Origin: Candidatus Nealsonbacteria bacterium
GTDB taxonomy: Bacteria > Patescibacteriota > Minisyncoccia > Minisyncoccales > GWA2-38-27
Assembly: GCA_043819385.1 (NCBI GenBank)
Contig: JBDREW010000015.1
Span: forward strand, 1 to 28,093
Length of the DNA stretch: 28,093 bases
Direction: 5' to 3'
The notes beneath the pieces are model-generated. The model had not been told where the DNA came from. It searched no databases and saw only the letters and a list, made by a program, of their open reading frames with translations. This document shows positions 1 to 6,964 of the stretch, one piece after another; the first letter of the stretch is position 1, and each line of letters starts with the position of its first letter. The position numbers and the translations under genes are program-made.

Positions 1-31
1 GAAATTTCAATTCATACTATTTTAATATATT

Positions 32-772
32 TTATCCCAAAAATAAATCTTTGGATTTATTTAATTCTGACTCATTCAGCTCTTTTTTAAACATAACCCA
101 ATTTTCAATAAAATCTCTAAATCCTTGTTTTCCTTCCATTATTTCTGTCATAAATTCTCTTTCTGTGACAGAAGGAAAGTTTTTATTTTCTAAATAATCA
201 GGATAACTTGACCACTTATATTCTTGTTCTAAGAATTTAATAACTCTTTCTGGATCTTTAATTCCTATTTCTTTCCACTTTGGTTCTATTATTGATATAG
301 GGTTAGTATGTATATATGTAAATGTTATTTTTAATTGATTATTATCTTCTATTAAAACCGATTTAAATTTATCCTGAAATACATGTCCCTTCCTCTCATA
401 TTTTTTATTAAAATAACTAGCATAACCAGTACCAACTTTACTCATAAATTTAGTTATTCCATTATCTTTCATCTGTTTCAATAACAAATGAATATGATTA
501 GGCATAAAACAAAAAGCTAAAATATCAACAAATTTATCTCTTTTATCAATAATTTTATCGGATTGTGGAGATATAGTTTGCAATAATTTTTCTCTTTTAC
601 GCTCTACCCTCCTTTCTCTAATTTCTATTAATTTATCATTATTAAACTCATAAATAGAAAAAATACCACGATAATAATCGTCTTTATTTTTAAAAAGTAA
701 ATTATCATCTACTATTCTTAAAACAACATGATAAATCTCTCCATTAATAAATTCTCTTTTGTTACGAGGCAT
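32..772 (-). CDS. HUH / Y1 tyrosine transposase, IS200-like, REP-associated (RAYT-like)
   Basis: 246-aa ORF. It has N-terminal YHVVLR, the HUH motif MPNHIHLLL and a C-terminal YIHTNP catalytic-Tyr motif typical of Transposase_17/RAYT proteins. A GC-rich REP-like palindrome lies just upstream at 802-845. Confidence 0.7.
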   Translation of the reverse strand: MPRNKREFINGEIYHVVLRIVDDNLLFKNKDDYYRGIFSIYEFNNDKLIEIRERRVERKREKLLQTISPQSDKIIDKRDKFVDILAFCFMPNHIHLLLKQMKDNGITKFMSKVGTGYASYFNKKYERKGHVFQDKFKSVLIEDNNQLKITFTYIHTNPISIIEPKWKEIGIKDPERVIKFLEQEYKWSSYPDYLENKNFPSVTEREFMTEIMEGKQGFRDFIENWVMFKKELNESELNKSKDLFLG

Positions 773-801
773 AAAAAATAAAATTTACCAAATGATATAG
801 C

Positions 802-845
802 TCCGGGGGTCTTGCCCCCGGAGCTCCGGGGGCAAGACCCCCGGA
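802..845. repeat. REP-like GC-rich perfect palindrome (44 bp), centre GGAGCTCC; two mutually complementary G5/C5 hairpins
   Basis: Base-by-base check gives perfect complementarity 802-845 (ctccgggggtcttgcccccggag|ctccgggggcaagacccccgga). It is GC-rich in an AT-rich context. A related copy lies at 6901-6948. Confidence 0.8.
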
Positions 846-874
846 AATTCCTTATATAAATTTATGTAAATTAT

Positions 875-1978
875 TTATCTGATTACTACTCCGCTGTAAT
901 TATAAATGGCCCAGTTTTGGTAAAAATCTGAAGTTGACCAATAAAGACGGCCAGATAATGGGTCATTTATAATTATTTTAGAAGGATTTTCTTTTGGACC
1001 AATAAATCCAATTATTAACCTCACATGAGTTTCTTTGAATGCCTTTATATATTCTCCATCAGGAGTAGACCAAGAGCAATTAGTTAATCTTCCAGTTGGC
1101 ATTACCCCCCAAAATACTACTGGATTCCCATTAGTAATTTCATCTGTTAAGTTTTGAATAGTCCAATTAGAAAATGCTTCTGCTTCTCTCCAATTTTGAG
1201 CGGTTTTTGCTACTGGGTCCCAAAATACTCCAAAACCAGTTGCACACATTTTCCCATTTATATCTCCAACATATTTCTGATGAGCATTACCCCAAATATC
1301 TCCTTTATGAGGCGTTGAATCATAACCAATTTTTTCCATAATTTCATCTTCTGAAACGTAAACTCCTTTTCCAGACAAAGCCATTTTTAATGAAGCTGCC
1401 TCACAAGACAAAAAATAATCCTGGTAATCTATATTTATATCAAGCATTGTTATTTCTGGCTCTATGATATTTAAAGATGTATTATTTTGTTTTTTTTCAT
1501 CTATATTTATATCTTCATTTTCAAATCCATTATCTTCAAATTCTTGTTCATCATTATTTTCTTGAAAAAATTCTGAATCAATTTGTTTAGTTTTAAAATT
1601 AAATTCAAAAGAATTTGTTTTTTTTAATCCAAACCCCATTATATTCTCTAATTTAATTTGATATTGAGTATCTTGTTTAAAATTAACAACTGGAACAAAA
1701 ATAAGTGTTTTATAAAAATGATTTTCAATTATTGAATCCTCAAATCTCCATTCGCCATGTACTTCTGGATAAATTGACATTTTAATTTCCTGTCTTTTTA
1801 TTGGCTTATCAAATTTTATACGAATAGTAGAATCTAATGATACATTTTGAGATTTATCCACAGGAAAAATCTCTACGACTTTTGGAAGCGATACAATAAC
1901 AAAAATAGAATCAAAAACCACTACAAAAACAGTAGCAATTAGAAATGAAATAACAAAAAAAATTAGTTTTTTCAACAT
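875..1978 (-). CDS. membrane-anchored protein with bacterial Ig-like domain and C-terminal C39-like (YvpB-type) cysteine peptidase domain
   Basis: 367 aa with an N-terminal TM helix. The DKSQNVSLDSTIRIKFDKPI segment resembles SbsA/Big_5 Ig-like domains. The C-terminal ~180 aa (SCEAASLKMAL...DSTPHKGDIWGN...HVRLIIGF...NDPLSG) parallels Bacillus YvpB/Peptidase_C39_2 from memory. Confidence 0.6.
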   Translation of the reverse strand: MLKKLIFFVISFLIATVFVVVFDSIFVIVSLPKVVEIFPVDKSQNVSLDSTIRIKFDKPIKRQEIKMSIYPEVHGEWRFEDSIIENHFYKTLIFVPVVNFKQDTQYQIKLENIMGFGLKKTNSFEFNFKTKQIDSEFFQENNDEQEFEDNGFENEDINIDEKKQNNTSLNIIEPEITMLDINIDYQDYFLSCEAASLKMALSGKGVYVSEDEIMEKIGYDSTPHKGDIWGNAHQKYVGDINGKMCATGFGVFWDPVAKTAQNWREAEAFSNWTIQNLTDEITNGNPVVFWGVMPTGRLTNCSWSTPDGEYIKAFKETHVRLIIGFIGPKENPSKIIINDPLSGRLYWSTSDFYQNWAIYNYSGVVIR

Positions 1979-2099
1979 CTTTTTACCCGGTTAAATAATT
2001 TTGTTAAAACAAAATTAGAAATTGATTTTAATCAATTTCTATTTAACTAAATTTAATTTTACCATAAAATTACTACATTAAAAATTAAGAATTGTTAAA

Positions 2100-2280
2100 A
2101 CTGAAAAAGAGAAAGGGAAAGCTAAAAAAATACTAGACCTCTTTAGAGAGATGAAAGAAGCTGGTAGAAGTTAGACCTCTTAATTATTAAAGAAAAAGGG
2201 AGAAAGATAGTAGGGGTCTGACCTCTTAAGAGGGGTGAGGAGAAAGCTAGTAGGGGTCTGACCTTTGTTCCAATTTCCAA
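2100..2280 (+). repeat. degenerate tandem array (~4 units of ~40 bp) related to the dispersed AGCTGG..CGACCTCT repeat family
   Basis: Recurring gaaag(a)agctgg...tagacctctt and agtaggggtctgacct units within a 688-bp non-coding stretch. Confidence 0.5.
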
Positions 2281-2290
2281 GTTATAAGCT
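2266..2290 (-). repeat. degenerate copy of heptamer module (gttccaatttccaagttataag, reverse complement of CTTATAA-CTTGGAA-like)
   Basis: Matches the end of the (GTTCCAA)16 array plus GTTATGAG at 12040-12060. Confidence 0.4.
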
Positions 2291-2371
2291 TTAATATTTT
2301 ATCCCCTTTATATTATTATTTTATTTATGGTAAAATAAATATATTAAAAAATGTATTTAATATATATTTTC

Positions 2372-2424
2372 ATCGCTCGCTCGAAAATATGAAAGTAAAC
2401 TTCCGCATTCCTCTCGCTCGCTTA
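2372..2424. repeat. GCTCGCTCG-flanked element, same family as 4187-4237 but inverted orientation and decayed
   Basis: gctcgctcgaaaatatgaaagtaaacttccgcattcctctcgctcgct aligns with the reverse complement of the 4187-4237 element. Confidence 0.5.
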
Positions 2425-2666
2425 AAAATGAAAAGTGATAAATATTTGAATTTGTTTTTATTAAATTGCACTTATTTCAACATTTAACAATTTTAATTTC
2501 TGTTTTTAGATTTTTAATTTAAGAATATATAATTTTACATTAGCGAATCAAGGTTCTAACGAACGAAATGAATTAGGTTCTTAAAATTTTAATTTTTAAT
2601 ATGTCATTTTGAATTTTGCTATCGTTCACGAGGAACTTGTTCCTATTTAATTTTTAATTTTATTAT

Positions 2667-3083
2667 ATGGATTATTCAAAAGAACAACTTGATGAACTTT
2701 ATGAAAATCTTCCAGAAAATCTTCAAGAAGCTGTTTTCTCTGAGAAAAATGGAACTATTATTTATAATTCATGTATAAAAAACAAAATCGAAAAAGATGA
2801 AGAAATAAAACAGGTTTCTAAATATGTTGGATATGTTTTATTGGGACTTCTATCTCCAAATGATTTCCAAAAAAGTTTAGAAGAAAAAGTAGGAATAAAA
2901 AAAGAAAAAGCAATCCAAATTTATTCAGAAATAAATAGATCCATTTTTTTCTCAGTTAAAAACAGTTTAGAAGCTCTTTATGAAATAAAACTAAAAGATA
3001 CTCCTATAAAGATAACAAAAGATTCTCCTATTCTAAAAAATAATCTAAAATCAAAAGACACTTACAGAGAACCAATAGAATAA
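2667..3083 (+). CDS. hypothetical protein (first gene of prgI-virB4 block)
   Basis: 138-aa ORF with an ATG start. It is acidic and Lys-rich with no recognisable motif. Confidence 0.5.
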   Translation: MDYSKEQLDELYENLPENLQEAVFSEKNGTIIYNSCIKNKIEKDEEIKQVSKYVGYVLLGLLSPNDFQKSLEEKVGIKKEKAIQIYSEINRSIFFSVKNSLEALYEIKLKDTPIKITKDSPILKNNLKSKDTYREPIE

Positions 3084-3098
3084 TTTTTTATCAATTTT

Positions 3099-3524
3099 AT
3101 GCAATTTACAGTACCAAAATTTATTGAAAACAAACCAAAAATAATAGGTCCGCTTACTTTTAAACAATTTGTTTTTGTTGGAACAGCGGGTGGCATTTGC
3201 CTTTTTCTTTATTTTATCATTCCCATCTCTCTTTTTATAATCATAACCATATTTTTATTAGGCGGAGCTTTTGCTTTAGCTTTTATTAAAATTGGAAAGG
3301 ACCCTTTACCTGTTGTTATAAGAAATCTTCTTGTTTACAATTTTAATCCAAAAATTTATCTTTGGAAAAAAGAAATAGGCACTCCAAAAACAATAATATT
3401 AAAAAAGAAAGAAAAAATACCTGCTTTTATAAAAAATCAAGAAGACAAAAAAACTGAATTAAAAGTAACAAGAAATAGCAAATTAGACAGATTACTAACT
3501 AAAATTGCTACAAAAAACAAATGA
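3099..3524 (+). CDS. PrgI/VirB3-like small two-TM T4SS protein
   Basis: 141 aa. The N-terminus MQFTVPKFIENKPKIIGPLTFKQFVFVG is followed by two hydrophobic helices. It sits immediately upstream of VirB4 and is translationally coupled to it (ATGA overlap), as for Tn916 orf17/PrgI. Confidence 0.5.
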   Translation: MQFTVPKFIENKPKIIGPLTFKQFVFVGTAGGICLFLYFIIPISLFIIITIFLLGGAFALAFIKIGKDPLPVVIRNLLVYNFNPKIYLWKKEIGTPKTIILKKKEKIPAFIKNQEDKKTELKVTRNSKLDRLLTKIATKNK

Positions 3525-4171
3525 AAGAATCATCAACTCAAGATTTTTTAGAATTTGAACAAATAAAAAACGGGATTATCATTTTAAAAAATAAAGCATT
3601 AAGATCAGTTTTAATGACTTCTTCTTTGAATTTTGCTTTAAAATCTGAAGAAGAGCAACAATCTATTTTATATCAATTTCAAAACTTTTTGAATTCTTTA
3701 GATTTTTCAACTCAAATCCTTGTTCAATCAAGAAAATTAAATATAACTGGCTATTTAGATAAATTAAGAGAAATTGAAAAAAAAGAAAAAAGCGAATTAC
3801 TTAAAATACAACTTGATGAATATAGAAAATTTATAGAAAAAATATTATCCCAAGGGACTATTATGCAAAAAAGTTTCTATGTAATTGTCCCTTTTTCAAT
3901 TATGGAAACAAAGGAAACATCAACTATTAAAAAAGGACTCTTACCTAAAATCATTCCAGAATTAACTGAAGAAGAGTTTAATAGAGCAAAAACCCAACTT
4001 TTACAAAGGGTAGAATTTGTATCTTTAGGATTAAGAGGATTTGGACTTCAATCTTCTCCTTTAAATACATTAGAAATTATTGAACTTTTCTGGGGACTTC
4101 ATCATCCGTCAGAAGCTGAAAAAGGATATTACCCAGAATTTCCACTTGATTTAGATTTAGAAGAAGAATAA
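3521..4171 (+). CDS. VirB4/TrbE-family ATPase, N-terminal domain (5' half of a split gene)
   Basis: 216 aa. The segment FEQIKNGIIILKNKALRSVLMTSSLNFALKSEEEQQSILYQFQNFLNSLDFSTQILVQS matches the conserved N-terminal region of Gram-positive VirB4 homologues (Tn916 Orf16/TcpF/PrgJ type) from memory. The ORF ends 184 bp before the ATPase ORF, which is in a different frame. Confidence 0.6.
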   Translation: MKESSTQDFLEFEQIKNGIIILKNKALRSVLMTSSLNFALKSEEEQQSILYQFQNFLNSLDFSTQILVQSRKLNITGYLDKLREIEKKEKSELLKIQLDEYRKFIEKILSQGTIMQKSFYVIVPFSIMETKETSTIKKGLLPKIIPELTEEEFNRAKTQLLQRVEFVSLGLRGFGLQSSPLNTLEIIELFWGLHHPSEAEKGYYPEFPLDLDLEEE

Positions 4172-4186
4172 ATTTATTTATTTTCA

Positions 4187-4338
4187 AGCGAGCGAGAGAA
4201 ATGTGAAAGCTTGCTTTCACATTTCCGAGCGAGTGCTGAAAATGTATGTATTAAATACATTTTTTAATACCCCCACCCCTTGGGGTGGGATAAATATAAG
4301 TCTTTTGGGTGGGGTATAATACCCCAACCAAAAGTTCA
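4187..4338. repeat. block of four hairpins/palindromes filling the gap between the VirB4 halves
   Basis: The four elements are 4187-4237 agcgagcgagagaaatgtgaaagc/ttgc/tttcacatttccgagcgagtgct, 4240-4266 aaaatgtat-gtattaa-atacattttt, 4268-4291 ccccacccc-ttgg-ggtggg, and 4296-4330 cttttgggtggggtat-aat-accccaaccaaaag. Confidence 0.7.
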
Positions 4339-4355
4339 ATATATTCATATTTATT

Positions 4356-6161
4356 ATGAAATTACCATTTACAAAACAATTTAAAAGGAGAGAGAAAATC
4401 ATAGAACTTCCTGTACCATCTCAATCTGTTCAAATTTCTGATGTTATTGCTCCTTCTTTTATTGAAGTTAAGCAAAATCATATCAAAATAGGAGAACGTC
4501 TTGCTAAAACCTATTTTATTTTTTCATATCCAAGATATTTAACTACTGGATGGCTTTCTCCAATAATAAATCTAAATGTCCCAATGGATATTTCTTTTTA
4601 TCTTCATCCTGTTGAATCAGGAAAAATTTTAAAACAATTAAGAAGAAGAGTTACTGAAGTCCAAGCAGAAATTGGCGAAAAAGAAGAAAAAGGACAAATT
4701 AGAGACCCACAATTAGAAACAGCTTATGGCGATTTAGAAGAATTAAGAGACAAGCTCCAAACTGCCCAAGAAAGGATGTTTTATTTTGGATTATACCTAA
4801 CTATTTATGCTGATTCCGAAAAAGAACTAAGAGACACTGAAACAAACTTAAGATCAATTTTAGAATCTAGATTAATTTATATTAAGCCCGCTCTTTATCA
4901 ACAAAAAGAAGGATTTGTTTCTACTTCTCCATATAATTTAGACGTTCTAATGATTTCTAATTTGATGAACACTGGGCCTTTGTCAAGTATGTTTCCATTT
5001 ATTTCTTTTGATTTGAGTTCAAATGAAGGAATTCTTTATGGAATTAATAGGCACAACAATTCACTTGTTTTATTCGACCGATTTACTTTAGCAAATGCAA
5101 ATTCAGTAATTTTTGGAATATCAGGAGGAGGAAAATCCTATGCTATAAAATTAGAAATTTTAAGATATTTAATGCTTGGAACTGATGTTATAATTTTAGA
5201 CCCTGAAAATGAATATAAGTTTCTTTCAGATGCTGTTGGCGGGTCTTTTTTTAATATATCTTTGGCCTCTCCACATCATCTTAATCCATTTGATTTACCA
5301 CAACCAAGAGAAGATGAACTCGTAGAAGATGTTTTAAGAACAAACATTATGAATTTAGTTGGATTGATAAGAATAATGCTTGGTGGATTGACACCAGAAG
5401 AAGACGCAATTATTGATAGCGGATTAACTGAGACCTATGCTGCAAAAGATATTACTGCTAAATCAGATCCAAAACTATGGGGAAAAGAAGATGGATTAGA
5501 ATTTCCTATTATGAGTGATTTTGAAGAAGTTCTTTCAACAATGGAAGGAGCAGAATCATTAGTAAGACGACTTCAAAGATTTACCAAAGGAGTCTATTCA
5601 AGTTTTTTTAATCAACGAACTAATATAGATGTAGATAAAAGAATGGTTGTTTTTGGTATTCGTAATATGGAAGACGAACTTCGTCCAATGGCTTTATTTA
5701 TGATTTTAAGATTTATTTGGAAAACCGTTAGTGCCAAAATGAAAAAACGACTTTTAGTTATTGATGAGGCATGGTGGTTAATGCAAAATGAAGATGGTGC
5801 TTCTTTCTTATTTGGAACAGTTAAAAGGGCTAGAAAATACTGGCTTGGAGTTACTACTATTACCCAAGATGTAGCTGATTTTATGAAATCTGAATATGGT
5901 CAACCAATTATTACTAATTCATCACTTGCTTTATTGATGAAACAAAATCCAGCAACAATAGAAGTTGTTAAAAAAACTTTCAACCTAACTGAAGAAGAAA
6001 AGCTTTTACTTTTAGAAACACCCGTTGGAGAAGGTATATTTTTTGCCGGAACAAAACATGTTTTAGTTAAAATATTAGCTTCATATGCCGAAGATCAAAT
6101 AATTACAACTTCCCCTGAAGAAGTTGAGAAAATAAGACAAGCAAAAAAAGAATTAGAATAA
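4356..6161 (+). CDS. virB4: VirB4/TrbE/PrgJ-family T4SS ATPase (ATPase part)
   Basis: 601 aa with Walker A GISGGGKS, Walker B LLVIDEAW, and the IGERLAKTYFIFSYPRYLTTGWL and ILDPENEY motifs characteristic of VirB4 ATPases. Confidence 0.85.
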   Translation: MKLPFTKQFKRREKIIELPVPSQSVQISDVIAPSFIEVKQNHIKIGERLAKTYFIFSYPRYLTTGWLSPIINLNVPMDISFYLHPVESGKILKQLRRRVTEVQAEIGEKEEKGQIRDPQLETAYGDLEELRDKLQTAQERMFYFGLYLTIYADSEKELRDTETNLRSILESRLIYIKPALYQQKEGFVSTSPYNLDVLMISNLMNTGPLSSMFPFISFDLSSNEGILYGINRHNNSLVLFDRFTLANANSVIFGISGGGKSYAIKLEILRYLMLGTDVIILDPENEYKFLSDAVGGSFFNISLASPHHLNPFDLPQPREDELVEDVLRTNIMNLVGLIRIMLGGLTPEEDAIIDSGLTETYAAKDITAKSDPKLWGKEDGLEFPIMSDFEEVLSTMEGAESLVRRLQRFTKGVYSSFFNQRTNIDVDKRMVVFGIRNMEDELRPMALFMILRFIWKTVSAKMKKRLLVIDEAWWLMQNEDGASFLFGTVKRARKYWLGVTTITQDVADFMKSEYGQPIITNSSLALLMKQNPATIEVVKKTFNLTEEEKLLLLETPVGEGIFFAGTKHVLVKILASYAEDQIITTSPEEVEKIRQAKKELE

Positions 6162-6235
6162 TATAGTAAAATTAAAAATCAAAATGCAAAATGCAAAATA
6201 ACAAATTAAAAATCAAAATGGGAGAGGAGGGAAAA

Positions 6236-6300
6236 AGCTGGAAAGAGCCCCGACCTCTCTTAGAGAGGGAGAGGAAGTTTTTTAGAGGTCGGGGTTCGGG
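6236..6300 (+). repeat. dispersed structured ~65-bp repeat (copy 1): AGCTGGAAAGAGCCCCGACCTCTCTTAGAGAGGGAGAGGAAGTTTTTTAGAGGTCGGGGTTCGGG; internally deleted partial copy at 6341-6366
   Basis: Inverted repeat CCCCGACCTCT / AGAGGTCGGGG enclosing a CTCTCTTAGAGAG palindrome. Near-identical copies at 27665-27727 (+) and 21238-21310 (-). Confidence 0.8.
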
Positions 6301-6424
6301 AAAGGGAAATTAAATATTAAAACGGAAAGAGAGAAAGGAAAGCTGGGAAGAGGTCGGGGCTCGGGAGATGGAGAAGGAAAGATTAAAAATTAAAATCAAA
6401 ATGAAAGGAGAAAAAAATAAATAA

Positions 6425-6880
6425 ATGGAAAAAGATAACTCAAAACAAGAAAATAATTTAGAAGAAGAAAAACCAAAGCCAATTCTCAGTCAAGGGGAAA
6501 TGAAATTTCCAAAAGTTGAAATTGGTATGGGAGCTATTTTTAGCCCAGAAGCATTAGTGATGTTTTCTCTTGCTGGAATACTTGATATAATTGGATTTCT
6601 TCTTCTTTGTTTTGCATTAGATGATCTCTGGATTCTTGATACAACCGGACTAATACTTATTGGTTCTTGGATGTTTTTTAGAACAGGAAGCATTCCTACA
6701 TCTAAAAGATTAAGACAAAATAAACAAAATCCTACCTCAGAAATAAAAAAGAAAATGGGAAGAAAAATTTTAAAAAGATTAGGATTAGCTTTTTTTATTG
6801 AAGCAATACCATGGATTGGAGGTCTTGTTCCATCTTGGACTATAGCTGTTTATTTTGAACTTAAAAATAATCCACTATAA
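6425..6880 (+). CDS. hypothetical small membrane protein
   Basis: 151 aa with 2-3 hydrophobic helices. It lies between virB4 and the pilin-fusion genes. Confidence 0.5.
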   Translation: MEKDNSKQENNLEEEKPKPILSQGEMKFPKVEIGMGAIFSPEALVMFSLAGILDIIGFLLLCFALDDLWILDTTGLILIGSWMFFRTGSIPTSKRLRQNKQNPTSEIKKKMGRKILKRLGLAFFIEAIPWIGGLVPSWTIAVYFELKNNPL

Positions 6881-6900
6881 AAACAAAGAAAGAATATAGA

Positions 6901-6948
6901 TTTACGGGGGTCTTACCCCCGGAGCTCCGGGGGTAAGACCCCCGTAAA
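6901..6948. repeat. REP-like 48-bp perfect palindrome (tttacgggggtcttacccccggag|ctccgggggtaagacccccgtaaa), centre GGAGCTCC
   Basis: Its reverse complement equals itself. It belongs to the same family as 802-845. Confidence 0.8.
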
Positions 6949-6964
6949 TTCTTTCTATAAATTA

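Noticed and set aside
1979-2666. 688-bp non-coding gap examined for tRNA, rRNA or a missed CDS
   Set aside because: No cloverleaf, no rRNA-like conserved stretches and no ORF over 40 codons. The content is degenerate repeat units plus AT-rich DNA. An sRNA cannot be excluded but is not supportable from sequence alone.
4217-4402. 61-aa minus-strand ORF across the hairpin block and virB4 start
   Set aside because: It spans palindromic repeats and overlaps the virB4 start, and has no homology features.
6490-6693. 67-aa minus-strand ORF inside 6425-6880
   Set aside because: It is antisense to a plausible membrane-protein gene.
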